Source: an uncultured Faecalibacterium sp.
GTDB taxonomy: Bacteria; Bacillota; Clostridia; Oscillospirales; Ruminococcaceae
Reading direction: 5' to 3'
Assembly (NCBI GenBank): GCA_946411155.1
Contig: CAMKDB010000001.1
Span: 32,363-96,362 of the forward strand
Length of the DNA stretch: 64,000 bases
Part shown: positions 49,826 to 58,910 of the stretch, one piece after another
How positions within the stretch are numbered: the stretch's first letter is position 1
How the letters are laid out: the number at the start of each line of letters is the position of its first letter
The notes under the pieces: generated by a model
Databases searched by the model: none
The model's input: the letters and a program-made list of their open reading frames with translations, nothing else
Told to the model about the DNA's origin: nothing
Program-made: the position numbers and the translations under genes

Positions 49826-49867
49826 AGCGGCAGCGCCTTCTTTGAGTGGTGCTGCCGCTCCTTTTTT
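49826..49867. terminator. bidirectional terminator between convergent genes
   Basis: AGCGGCAGCGCC ... GGTGCTGCCGCT stem, with TTTTTT on the plus strand and TTTT on the minus strand. Confidence 0.75.
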
Positions 49868-49896
49868 CAGTTCAGATCCGATGTCTGTCTGTCAGA

Positions 49897-51603
49897 TCAT
49901 TTGATTGTGATTCTGCCTTCCAGTTCGGCGTACTGGCTCAGGTCGCCCTGCAGTACGTCGCGGATGTAGTTGATCAGGACCTGATAGTCTGCGATCGCGC
50001 TGTCAACGAGGAAGTTGTTGTCAGCAAACATGCTGTAGCCGTCGCCCATGCTCTGGAGCATGTAGTTGTGGCATGCAAGCGTGTAGGTCTTCTCAGGATC
50101 GATCGGCTCGTACTCGCCGGTCTCTTTGTTAAGAACGACGACGTCACTGACTCTTCTGGTGCCTTCCACGCCCTGGAACAAACCGTCCGCATCTGCGATG
50201 CAGGGGCTTTCGATACTGGTGTCGATGGTGTACTTCAGGCCGGATACCTGCAGGAATCCGCCGCACTCGCCAACTGCATTGCCGTCAGCCTTGTATTCAG
50301 GCTGTACCATGCGGGAGCCCCACTCAAGAGCATCCAGGATCTCCTGACCTGTGGCTTCGCAGACGCAGAGCATGTTGCCGAAGGGGTGCACGTTGATGAT
50401 GTTTGCATAGGTGATATCGCCTTCCGGCAGGTCTGCGCGGACACCGCCGCCGTTGACCCAGCCGATATCGGCGTTGCCGGCGGAACGATACGCGTCAGCG
50501 CTCAGGTTAGCCAGCTCAACTTCACGGTTACGTACCATACGTACGCCATCGGCGTCCTTGATGGACAGAGCGGTATTGCTGGTGGCAACGACCTCATTGA
50601 CCTTTGCCTCGAAGCTGGCCTTGATATCCTGAATGAAAGCGTCCACATCAGGATCCTTCTCTGCAAAGTCAGAGATCAGGCCGACGGTGATGAAACCTTC
50701 CGGGCTGATGGTCAGCTGACCGATGTTGTTCAGTTTCGTTCCGGTGGAAGCAACCATGACGTCCTTGCCGTCCTTATTCCTCAGGACACGGCAGGGCAGT
50801 GTGCTGTGGGAGTGTCCGTCCAGGAACACGTCGACACCGGTGGTATTCTCCGCTGCCTCGGTGGATGTCCAGGGGGTGGAGGAGGGGTCGTCACCCAGGT
50901 GTCCGAGCACGATGACGTAATCGGCGCCTGCATCACGAACTTCCTTCGCGGCTTCGGTGATGCGGTTATAGAATGTCTCGGGGCTCTCATGAGAGAAGGA
51001 ATAGACCATCTTGTCGTCTTCCTTGAAAAGTCCGGGCTCGGATTTGGTGATGGTCTCAGGGGTCGCGATGCCGAGGAATCCGACTTTTACGCCGCCCAGG
51101 TCGGCGATCTCATAGGGAACGGTGTCAGAAAGGAAATTGTAGCCGCTTCCGCTGCCTGTATAGGACATGTTGGAGACGATGATCTTGGCCTCCATGGCGC
51201 CAGTGCGCTCTTCGCAGACGTCCAGCGCACCGAACTCGTGGTTTCCGAGGGTCACATAGTCATAGCCGACTTTGTTCATGATATCGATGATATACATGCC
51301 CTTGGAGACGGTTCCGATGGTATCGCCGTCCACGTAGTCACCGGTATCGACCAGGAGCACGTAAGGTGTCTTTTCCAGCATCAGGTTGCGATAGGCAGCC
51401 AGACCTGCGTAACCGATGTCGTCCTCGATACCGCAGTGTACGTCGCCGGTGAAGAGAATGACAATCTCTTTCGCGGCTTCCGGTTCTTCTACCGGCGGTT
51501 CAGCCGGTGTCTCTTCCGGTTTTTTCCCGCAGCTGGTCAGCATAGCCATGGACAGGACCAGAACTGCGAGAAGAGAAAGGAACTTCTTGAGCTGCTTGTT
51601 CAT
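49897..51603 (-). CDS. bifunctional metallophosphatase / 5'-nucleotidase lipoprotein (UshA-like)
   Basis: Lipobox AMLTSCGKK. Metallophosphoesterase motifs ILFTGDVHCG, LVDTGDYVDG, TLGNHEFG, VLGHLG and FLDGHSHS. The start at MNKQLKK (51603) is preceded by GGAGG. Confidence 0.88.
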   Translation of the reverse strand: MNKQLKKFLSLLAVLVLSMAMLTSCGKKPEETPAEPPVEEPEAAKEIVILFTGDVHCGIEDDIGYAGLAAYRNLMLEKTPYVLLVDTGDYVDGDTIGTVSKGMYIIDIMNKVGYDYVTLGNHEFGALDVCEERTGAMEAKIIVSNMSYTGSGSGYNFLSDTVPYEIADLGGVKVGFLGIATPETITKSEPGLFKEDDKMVYSFSHESPETFYNRITEAAKEVRDAGADYVIVLGHLGDDPSSTPWTSTEAAENTTGVDVFLDGHSHSTLPCRVLRNKDGKDVMVASTGTKLNNIGQLTISPEGFITVGLISDFAEKDPDVDAFIQDIKASFEAKVNEVVATSNTALSIKDADGVRMVRNREVELANLSADAYRSAGNADIGWVNGGGVRADLPEGDITYANIINVHPFGNMLCVCEATGQEILDALEWGSRMVQPEYKADGNAVGECGGFLQVSGLKYTIDTSIESPCIADADGLFQGVEGTRRVSDVVVLNKETGEYEPIDPEKTYTLACHNYMLQSMGDGYSMFADNNFLVDSAIADYQVLINYIRDVLQGDLSQYAELEGRITIK

Positions 51604-51874
51604 TCGTAAGCCTCCATAAGAAAAATCGATGAAAATAAACAGATTATAACAATAATCTATATTACTATTATCGTTTCTTACATGCTCCAAAACAACACGA
51701 TTCTGCAGCAGACAGGTGGATTCGTGAAAATCACCAATGAATCGGGGACTGAATGGTAATAATGCTAAACTTGATTCCAATCGGGGAAAACATGTTAAAA
51801 AATTCCTGGTTCGGGTTATACTGAAGATGAGCAACGATCGGATACTGTATAAAAGAATAAAGGAGAATCACTGC

Positions 51875-52435
51875 ATGAAAGAGAACCGTCTCAACCATCT
51901 GGTTTTTCATATCGGCGCGCACTCAGAACTCACGCTGCTGACACCGGATAAGTCTCTGCGCTGCTATCCCGGTGATCTGAGCGCCATGACTGCTTCCTCG
52001 GTCGCGAAGATCGCGGAACTTCTGGAAGCCGGCGTACTGAGCACGACAGGACAGATCCGTCAGAAAGGTCATCCCTATGTGGACCGCATCGTATCCGTGC
52101 GGCATCTTCCGGCTCTTCAGACTGATGAAGGGCTGCTGACGTCAACGGATATCCGGAATTTCCAGATCGCGAAAGCGACAGCGGCTTCCGCGGTCCAGTA
52201 TCTGCTGGAAAAAGCAGGTGTGAAGCCGGAAGAAGTATGCGTTATCACGCTGGATGCGGCGGACGGAGCGGTTGATCCGGATAAGGCGAAACGCGTCGGC
52301 ATACTTCCCAAGGGCGTTGTGTTTGACGACGCGCCGGGCGGCGAAGTCAGTCTGGCTCTGGACGTTCTGGACCTGTCCGCAGATGAGAACGTAATCCACG
52401 CCTACACGGACCACTTGTTCTTCCCCAAGAAATAA
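51875..52435 (+). CDS. stand-alone, degenerate C-terminal fragment of a DUF4445 (ASKHA-fold, RACo-like) protein
   Basis: DIRNFQIAKATAASAVQYLLEKAGVKPEEVCVITLDAADGAVDPDKAKRVGILP parallels the DUF4445 pattern DIRelQLAKAAI...LAGAFG...IGLLP. The glycine-rich motifs are replaced. The ATG at 51875 follows AAAGGAG. Confidence 0.5.
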   Translation: MKENRLNHLVFHIGAHSELTLLTPDKSLRCYPGDLSAMTASSVAKIAELLEAGVLSTTGQIRQKGHPYVDRIVSVRHLPALQTDEGLLTSTDIRNFQIAKATAASAVQYLLEKAGVKPEEVCVITLDAADGAVDPDKAKRVGILPKGVVFDDAPGGEVSLALDVLDLSADENVIHAYTDHLFFPKK

Positions 52436-52450
52436 GAAAACGTGCATAAA

Positions 52451-52483
52451 AGAAACAGGAGCCCCGACGGGCTCCTGTTTTTC
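52451..52483. terminator. bidirectional terminator
   Basis: AACAGGAGCCC cgac GGGCTCCTGTT followed by TTT. The 5' flank is A-rich. Confidence 0.75.
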
Positions 52484-52499
52484 TGTGTGATTAAGACGT

Positions 52500-52958
52500 T
52501 CACCAGATCAGCGTGCGGCTCAGATGATCGCACAGCTGCGCAAGTCCGTCACGGTCCTCCTCGCTGAAGCGGGAGAAGGAAGGACTGTCGATGTCCATGA
52601 CTGCCGCGACGGCGCCGTTGTTAAGGATCGGCAGCACGATCTCGGAATTGGACGCACTGTCGCAGGCGATGTGCCCGGGAAATGCGTGGACATCTGGAAC
52701 CAGCTGGATCTCATTCTTTGCCCAGGCCGTGCCGCAAACGCCTTTTCCCCTGGGGATGTGGATGCAAGCGACCTTGCCCTGATAAGGTCCTACAGCGAGG
52801 ATCTCTCCCCGCACAAGATAGAATCCGGCCCAGTTGATATCTTCCAGCGATTCCCAGAGCAAGGCGGCGGCGGAAGAGAGGGCAGTGACATAGTTCGGGT
52901 CTTGGGAGACCAGCGCTTTGAGCTGTTCCAGCATCATTTTATAATCCGGTTTCTGCAT
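52500..52958 (-). CDS. GAF-domain protein (free methionine-R-sulfoxide reductase-like)
   Basis: 152 aa with INWAGFYLV and GKGVCGTA. Confidence 0.8.
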   Translation of the reverse strand: MQKPDYKMMLEQLKALVSQDPNYVTALSSAAALLWESLEDINWAGFYLVRGEILAVGPYQGKVACIHIPRGKGVCGTAWAKNEIQLVPDVHAFPGHIACDSASNSEIVLPILNNGAVAAVMDIDSPSFSRFSEEDRDGLAQLCDHLSRTLIW

Positions 52959-52982
52959 GATGTGACCTCCGGCAGATAACAG

Positions 52983-53324
52983 TCAGCCATACCGGGCTTC
53001 CGTCAGCGGCTGCTCCCAGCAGACGGTGCTCCCCGCGGTTCCGGCAAGCTCATTTACGGCGTCCCTGACCATTTCAAGACAGGCGGCGTCTTTCTTTTTG
53101 GAGCGTCTGCCCTTTCCCTCCGTCAGGACTTTGGAGAAATAGGCGTCGTAAGAGACGGCGAAATCCTCAGGGTCATTGTGGGGAAAGAAGCTGACGCTGG
53201 TTTCATAGGTGATCATACCGGCATCGGAAGTGGCGGTGAGTTTCACGGAAGCGCCGTGGCGGGGAACCCCGTTCCATACGCCGTCGGCGGCAAAATACTG
53301 CTGATAGACATCGATCACTAGCAT
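52983..53324 (-). CDS. hypothetical protein (113 aa)
   Basis: The internal ATG is preceded by AAAGGAGAC. No family recognised. The longer track ORF lacks an RBS. Confidence 0.4.
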   Translation of the reverse strand: MLVIDVYQQYFAADGVWNGVPRHGASVKLTATSDAGMITYETSVSFFPHNDPEDFAVSYDAYFSKVLTEGKGRRSKKKDAACLEMVRDAVNELAGTAGSTVCWEQPLTEARYG

Positions 53325-53465
53325 GAAAAGATGTCTCCTTTCAATACGGATATAGCGGATTGTCCGGAAAAAGGAGCAGGCAGCCTGCGACAGATCGCCC
53401 TGCCCAGTGAAAAAAGAGGATGGGACCCGCCGGAAAACGGATCTCATCCGGGTCTGCGCACCGTC

Positions 53466-53696
53466 TCAGTCTTCCTGAAGTCTTTCAATAAGAGCGGCGA
53501 TGGCTTCCGCAGAATTGAAATTTTCCGGTTCGAGATCGTCCACGCTGATCTCGACATCAAACACATCGTTGCATTCGCTGACGATGGAGATGATGTCAAA
53601 GGAATCCAGCAGGTCGTCATCGATCAGACGCGTCTCATTCTCGAAATCCAGGTCCGGACGGACCTCGCTGAGGATCTCCAATAACCTTTCCAGCAT
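53466..53696 (-). CDS. acyl/peptidyl carrier protein (DltC-like size, 76 aa)
   Basis: LIDDDLLDSFDIISIV contains the DS(F/L) phosphopantetheine-serine motif in an acidic small protein. The ATG at 53696 is preceded by GGAGG, 4 nt after the upstream stop. Confidence 0.75.
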   Translation of the reverse strand: MLERLLEILSEVRPDLDFENETRLIDDDLLDSFDIISIVSECNDVFDVEISVDDLEPENFNSAEAIAALIERLQED

Positions 53697-53700
53697 TGTT

Positions 53701-54396
53701 TCATTCCTCCTGTTTTTTGTGAACCGTTTCCAGCTGATCAAGTATCTCATCTGTGAGCTCGCCAGAAAGCAGGCTCCAGTTTTCAACAACGGTATCATCC
53801 GGCCAGTCCCACCACCGGATCGCAAGCAGCCGCCGGATCTGCTCCTCCGGGAACCGGTATCCGATCACCCTTGCGGGCACGCCTGCCGCAATGGCATAGG
53901 GCGGGATGCTTTTTGTCACGACCGCGCCGGCACCGATCACAGCGCCGTCTCCCACGGTCAGGCCGGGTTTTCGTGCGATCGAGACGCCCTGACCGATCCA
54001 TACATCGTTGCCCACCCGGATCATCTCCTCGTCCGGATGCTTTTTCGGTTTGCCCATCATGCGGGTCCTGAAACGATAATCCGGCATCATGGAAGTGGCG
54101 CGGTAGTTGTGCTCATTGCCGCCGATATCCACGGAACGGGAGATGCAGCAGTATTTCCCGACTTCTGCCCAGAGGATGCAGGTATCCGTTCCCGTGTAGC
54201 TCATATCGCCGATGACGGAAGCCCGGATCAGATTGCGCTTCTCGATATCACAACGGGAGCCGATCACGGAATTCAGGACAATCGAATCGTGGTCGACGGT
54301 GGAACCCGCGCCGATCCGGCTCTGCTTGATCAGGACATCTCTTCCAGTTTTATATTGTTTCGTTTCGTCTTCCACGGTACCTCCGGATGCGTTCAC
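53701..54396 (-). CDS. hexapeptide-repeat (LbH) acyltransferase, CatB/Vat (XAT)-like
   Basis: Repeated [LIV]G hexads and the C-terminal IAAGVPARVIGYRFPEEQIRRLLAIRWWDWPD. The GTG start overlaps the upstream stop (GTGA). Confidence 0.85.
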   Translation of the reverse strand: MNASGGTVEDETKQYKTGRDVLIKQSRIGAGSTVDHDSIVLNSVIGSRCDIEKRNLIRASVIGDMSYTGTDTCILWAEVGKYCCISRSVDIGGNEHNYRATSMMPDYRFRTRMMGKPKKHPDEEMIRVGNDVWIGQGVSIARKPGLTVGDGAVIGAGAVVTKSIPPYAIAAGVPARVIGYRFPEEQIRRLLAIRWWDWPDDTVVENWSLLSGELTDEILDQLETVHKKQEE

Positions 54397-55196
54397 CGCA
54401 GTGTGCCGCCTGAAACACCGGGCAGAGCGAATAGCCTGTCTGCGAATGCTTCAGGGTCTGTCTCGATACAATTATGACACCCCGGAAAGGTTTCCACAAG
54501 CCAGCCCAGAGAAGCGGCTGCTTTTTCCGATGCGGAGCGGAAAAGATTGTCCGCTCCGTCCGATGAGAGACAGATCACGACGGGAACGGTCAGTCTGCGG
54601 AGTTCATCCGGGTCGAAAGCGCAAGCAAGCAATCCGCGCATTTCACCGTTCATGAATTCTCTTGCACCGGAAAGAGCGCGTTTTACATTCTGAATGGCGT
54701 CTCCCGGAGAAGCGGATCTTCCGGGGTGAATGTCCGCCGCCTGGATAAAGGCGGGGAAAAGGTCCGTGATCCTGCCGGTTTCCGCAATGCGGAGAAGCTC
54801 ATCGCGCCATCTGTCCAGTTCGGGCAGTTCAGTCCCGCTCAGGCGGAAGGCTGGCTCGAAAAGGATCAGTCCTTTCACCAGTTCGGGATGATCCAGCGCA
54901 AGTCTGAGCGCAATCACGCCTCCCGCGCTATGCCCAAGGACCCACGCAGGAGCGCTGTCCGTACGGGAAAGAAGGGAGGCGGCATCCCCTGCCTGCTCCG
55001 TAATGGAGAGTCTGGATGACCCGGACCGGGACTTTCCGCAGCATCTGCGGTCATAAGTGACCGTGCGGAAGCGATCGGAAAGAAACGGGAGCAGTCCGCT
55101 GAAAAAGGAACTGTCGCTCATGATTCCGTGAATGAGCAGGAGTGCCTCCGCTCCGTTGCCATGCTGTTCGTAGTAGATCGGTCCTTCGTAGCTCAT
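54393..55196 (-). CDS. alpha/beta-fold hydrolase
   Basis: LLLIHGIMSDSSFF and the nucleophile elbow VLGHSAGGVIAL. Confidence 0.8.
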   Translation of the reverse strand: MSYEGPIYYEQHGNGAEALLLIHGIMSDSSFFSGLLPFLSDRFRTVTYDRRCCGKSRSGSSRLSITEQAGDAASLLSRTDSAPAWVLGHSAGGVIALRLALDHPELVKGLILFEPAFRLSGTELPELDRWRDELLRIAETGRITDLFPAFIQAADIHPGRSASPGDAIQNVKRALSGAREFMNGEMRGLLACAFDPDELRRLTVPVVICLSSDGADNLFRSASEKAAASLGWLVETFPGCHNCIETDPEAFADRLFALPGVSGGTLR

Positions 55197-55211
55197 GTTG
55201 AAAAATGCGGT

Positions 55212-56804
55212 TCAGAACTGTTCATAGATGAAGTTGCCGCTCACATACCCCGGTCCGTAGATCCCGAAGATCAGGACCAGAAGAATGGCGATGTAATAGA
55301 TCAGCCAGCGGAAGATGAGCGGCTGTCTGGAGATGCTCTCCCGGATCTTTACGCCTTTTTCATGAAGGTTGTCTGTATAGAGAAGGACCAGCACCGCGAC
55401 GGCAAGCACGATCCAGTCCGGACCTTCCAGTCCAAGCCCGAGCAGCGCGCCATTGGAGAGCGGGGACAAGTCATACCAGTTGTGGAACATGGAACCGATC
55501 ATTGCGAAAGCGGTCGCGGTATCTTTTGCTCTGGAAAAGAACCGTCCTACCGAGATGATCCAGAATGTGCGGATCATCCGGAAAACACGCCAGGAGGCGG
55601 AATCCTCATCGATACGGAACAGGCGCCTTCCCTTTTCATACAGGTCCGGAAGAAGCAGACCGCCCACGATGAAGATACCGTTCCAAATCCCGTATAGGAT
55701 ATAGGTCCACTGCGGGCCGTGCCAGATGCCGACCAGGAAATAAACGATGAACATGGCCAGGATCGAGGGGAGTTTTTTACCGAGTGAGGGCCCGACCAGT
55801 TTGCGCGCTTTCTGGCTGAGAGAGCCGAAAGCCTTGGAGAGGGACAGCGGATAGAAAACGTAATCCTTCATCCACGCGCCAAGCGTGATATGCCATCTCC
55901 GCCAGAAATCTTCCACAGACGTGGAGAAATACGGCTGGGTGAAGTTCGGCGTCAGGGTGATGCCAAAGGTCTGTGCGGCACCGAGCGCGATGTCCATGCC
56001 TCCTGAGAAGTCCGCATATACCTGAATGCCGTAAAAAGCGGCACCGAGAAATGCCATCACGCCGCTGTAGTTTTCCGGAGCGGAGAAGATCGCTGAGACC
56101 GGTGTGGCGATGCGATCCGCAATGATCAGTTTTTTCATGAAGCCCCAGAGGATCAGCTGAAGCCCCCTGCAGAATCCGTCCGGATCAAAAGGATGCCCCT
56201 CCGCCAGCTGAGGTCCGAGGTCCCTGTAGCGGGGGATCGGTCCCTGAACGATCTGAGGGAAGAAACAGAGATAAAGCAGCAGCCGGAGCGGGTCCTTTTC
56301 CGGGTCCGCTTTGCCCCTGCTGATGTCCACCAGATAGGAGATGGCCTGAAGCGTATAGAAGGAGATCCCCAGGGGGAGCAGCAGTTTCATCGGGGAATAG
56401 ACCCCTTTGCCTCCCGTGAACAGGGAGACCGCCGTCCCGGCAAAGAAGTTGGAATACTTCAAAAACAGGAGGATTCCGAGAATCACCAGAACGAAGAGAG
56501 TCAGGACCTGCTTCGCCTGTTTTTTGGACCGGTCCCTGGCAGATTTCTTTTCTTCCTTCGTCAGGGATGGTTCCTGCTCCAGGAGTGTCTTATAGGAAAA
56601 CAGGCGGGCATGGATCATTCTGCCTCCCGCGTAGACCAGTGCGGCTGTTGCGACGAGTACCAGCGTCAGAAGTCCGCTGTTGACGGCATAGAAAACAAGG
56701 CTTGCCGCCAGAAGCACGAGCCATCTGTGCCGCAGGGGGAACAGATAATAGAGGAGATCCGCGGCAAGGAGCAGGATCAGGAAGGGTACGGATACGAACG
56801 TCAT
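55212..56804 (-). CDS. MBOAT-family membrane O-acyltransferase (DltB/AlgI/PatA type)
   Basis: FYTLQAISYLVDI and the conserved-His region VEDFWRRWHITLGAWMKDYVFYPL. The start at MTFVSVP is preceded by GGAGG. Confidence 0.9.
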   Translation of the reverse strand: MTFVSVPFLILLLAADLLYYLFPLRHRWLVLLAASLVFYAVNSGLLTLVLVATAALVYAGGRMIHARLFSYKTLLEQEPSLTKEEKKSARDRSKKQAKQVLTLFVLVILGILLFLKYSNFFAGTAVSLFTGGKGVYSPMKLLLPLGISFYTLQAISYLVDISRGKADPEKDPLRLLLYLCFFPQIVQGPIPRYRDLGPQLAEGHPFDPDGFCRGLQLILWGFMKKLIIADRIATPVSAIFSAPENYSGVMAFLGAAFYGIQVYADFSGGMDIALGAAQTFGITLTPNFTQPYFSTSVEDFWRRWHITLGAWMKDYVFYPLSLSKAFGSLSQKARKLVGPSLGKKLPSILAMFIVYFLVGIWHGPQWTYILYGIWNGIFIVGGLLLPDLYEKGRRLFRIDEDSASWRVFRMIRTFWIISVGRFFSRAKDTATAFAMIGSMFHNWYDLSPLSNGALLGLGLEGPDWIVLAVAVLVLLYTDNLHEKGVKIRESISRQPLIFRWLIYYIAILLVLIFGIYGPGYVSGNFIYEQF

Positions 56805-56808
56805 AATC

Positions 56809-58704
56809 TCAGTCCTCCTTTCCGCTGGACGTGACCGGATCGGAAGGATACTCGTAGACCGTCCCTCCGTATTCGATGACACTCACGACACGGTATGTAA
56901 CGGGGCCGGTCAGCGGATCCGCGTCGACATAATAATCTGCGGAACGCTTATCCCGGATCAGATCCCAAGCACCGCTGTCGGACAGACGGTAGACTCGGTA
57001 ATAATTCGCGCCTTTCACATGATCCCAGAAGACCCTGCGGGAGCCGTCCGTCTCTTCTTTTACGGAAGGTGACGGGGCGGGAATGTCCCTGAAACGGAGA
57101 AGTCCGTCCGGATTGTAATAACTGACGACGGTCTCTCCGTCGATCTCCTTGGTCGAACTGACGGAATAGCGGTAAGGCAGGTCCGGCTGAACGACGGTAT
57201 CCCGGAAGGAAAGCACGCCGGAATCCGCGGAAATATCAGCGATGGGCAGCCATACGTCACCGTTGATCGCTTTGTAGATTTTATAACCGTCCACGCCGGA
57301 CACCGCCTTCCATGAGATGGTGACTGCGCCGTCCCATTCCTCCAGGAACAGCAGATCCGGCGTGTCCAGCGTCGTGGTAGCGGATTTCATCGGATACAGG
57401 ATCTGTCCGAAACAGGTGGCGCCTTCTTTCTCAACGGCGGCGACCACCGCATAGGAGAACGTGGAGTTCTCGGGGAGGGACAGATCCTGATAATAATCCA
57501 TGTCTCCGGGTACGGTGCCGATGAGGTCGATGGAGGAACGGGGATCCTCAGCTTTGCGGAGGATCGCATAGCCCTGTGCGCCTTCCACAGGCTCCCAGTC
57601 GATCCGGACCGTCGTGCCATATGAAACACAGGAAGTGATCCGGACCCCGCTCAGCGAAGGATCCCATGGAGCGTTGTCCCGTTCCATGGGCGCGATATGC
57701 GGTCCGACGATGTCCAGATATTTCTCGTAGGCGGCGTCCCAGCTGCTGTAAGCGGGATTTCCGCGCTTATCTTTAAAGCCGTATCTCTCCGTGAGATACT
57801 GCCCGAGATAACGGGTATATTTGATGCTGCCGTGAAGGTTCACATGGTAGCCGTTGTAATAATCACATTCCAGCTGGAGTCCGATCTCGTCAACGCTGTT
57901 CATCAGATCCAGAACATCGAATCCTCTGTCGCGGCAGATGTCCGCGACGGTATTCAGCTGACCGATGGCGGATTCATTGGAAACCGCCTGCGGAACAAAG
58001 AGGAACAGGAATCTGCCGCCGGAAGCTTCGCAGTAATCCAGGAGCTGATTCAGCTCTTCCTGCTGGCGGTCGTACAGGGGCAGGGAGGCGTCCGTATAGT
58101 GAAAGGTGGACGTCACATCGGTGTATTGATGCAGGAAGATGTCGTACCAGCTTCCGCCCTTGACGCCGTTGACTTTGCGGACGAAGTCGTTGGTGACCAG
58201 CTCGTTCCATCTGGAATGGAAACGAATGAAAGGGAAATAGTATTCCCAGGGGGAGACCTCTTCCTCGCATTCATCCACCAGATCGTTGATAAGGGCGATC
58301 TTCGTGGGAGACAGTTTCAGATAGTCCGAAACGAAGTGGAAAGAACTTGCCGTGACATCGTCCACATATTTGAAATCGTTCAGGCAGAGGATGTACAGTG
58401 CGTCAGGCTGGGTCTTCATGGCTTCTTCGACCATATAGATCATCGCCTGCGCGGGCATGCTCGGCGTCGACAAAGGAAAGACGGAGATGCCGAATTCTCC
58501 CCACCCGAAAGGGGAGGACCAGTAACTGTAAACGTTGCTCGCCCCGATATATATCGCGTCCAGACTGCCTCTCGGTTCCCGGTAGAAGGCACTGAAACAC
58601 TGGTAGATTCGATTGTCCTTGAATTCGAAGACGGACTGGAATCCGGTCAGAACCAGAGCAAGGCAGGCAAGAAAAGCGATGGACTTCAGTAAGAATTTGC
58701 GCAT
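56809..58704 (-). CDS. membrane-anchored SGNH/DltD/AlgX-like protein with three C-terminal FN3-like repeats
   Basis: An N-terminal anchor helix is followed by AIYIGASNVY (block I-like) and DYYNGYHVNLHG (D..H block). The FN3-like segments are IDWEPVEGAQGYAILRK, ISWKAVSGVDGYKIYK and VFWDHVKGANYYRVYR. Confidence 0.65.
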   Translation of the reverse strand: MRKFLLKSIAFLACLALVLTGFQSVFEFKDNRIYQCFSAFYREPRGSLDAIYIGASNVYSYWSSPFGWGEFGISVFPLSTPSMPAQAMIYMVEEAMKTQPDALYILCLNDFKYVDDVTASSFHFVSDYLKLSPTKIALINDLVDECEEEVSPWEYYFPFIRFHSRWNELVTNDFVRKVNGVKGGSWYDIFLHQYTDVTSTFHYTDASLPLYDRQQEELNQLLDYCEASGGRFLFLFVPQAVSNESAIGQLNTVADICRDRGFDVLDLMNSVDEIGLQLECDYYNGYHVNLHGSIKYTRYLGQYLTERYGFKDKRGNPAYSSWDAAYEKYLDIVGPHIAPMERDNAPWDPSLSGVRITSCVSYGTTVRIDWEPVEGAQGYAILRKAEDPRSSIDLIGTVPGDMDYYQDLSLPENSTFSYAVVAAVEKEGATCFGQILYPMKSATTTLDTPDLLFLEEWDGAVTISWKAVSGVDGYKIYKAINGDVWLPIADISADSGVLSFRDTVVQPDLPYRYSVSSTKEIDGETVVSYYNPDGLLRFRDIPAPSPSVKEETDGSRRVFWDHVKGANYYRVYRLSDSGAWDLIRDKRSADYYVDADPLTGPVTYRVVSVIEYGGTVYEYPSDPVTSSGKED

Positions 58705-58738
58705 GGGAAAACCTTATCTTAGATGGAATTTGTAATAG

Positions 58739-58747
58739 AGTATATCA
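58739..58747 (-). promoter_or_regulatory. extended -10 TGaTATACT for the SGNH-MBOAT operon
   Basis: Minus-strand reading, about 35 nt upstream of the ATG at 58704. Confidence 0.4.
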
Positions 58748-58835
58748 TATCATCTGAACGGACAGAAACCGGATTTTCTTCTTCACGCACGGTTATTATT
58801 CGGAAAAGAAAAATTCACTAAAAGTTCTTATTCTG

Positions 58836-58862
58836 TTGAACTGTGAAAGAGTATGATATAAT
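58836..58862 (+). promoter_or_regulatory. candidate telA promoter TTGAAC-N15-(TGa)TATAAT
   Basis: Read directly from the sequence. The extended -10 compensates for the short spacer. Confidence 0.45.
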
Positions 58863-58910
58863 CAAACCAAATGACGAATCTCAGGCTCATGCCTGTCACA
58901 GGAGGAAAAA

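Noticed and set aside
49846-51609. 587-aa plus-strand ORF
   Set aside because: It is antisense to the 5'-nucleotidase gene, whose minus-strand frame contains all five metallophosphoesterase motifs and a lipobox.
51604-51874. Possible riboswitch or ncRNA in the AT-rich 270-bp spacer (duplicated AATCGGGGA motif)
   Set aside because: I could not match it to any riboswitch consensus, and I saw no convincing conserved helices or terminator/antiterminator pair. It is more likely a divergent promoter region.
53500-54477. 325-aa plus-strand ORF (and 57697-58692, 331 aa; 58896-60026 minus strand, 376 aa)
   Set aside because: These are antisense shadows of the carrier/LbH genes, the SGNH-like gene and telA respectively. 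None has motifs or an RBS.
58840-58902. 20-codon minus-strand ORF (MSLRFVIWFDYIILFHSSTE) upstream of the MBOAT operon, considered as a DltX-like micro-protein
   Set aside because: It has no Shine-Dalgarno, and it lies over the telA promoter and leader on the opposite strand. It is separated from the operon by the candidate promoter, and I recognised no DltX-like motif.
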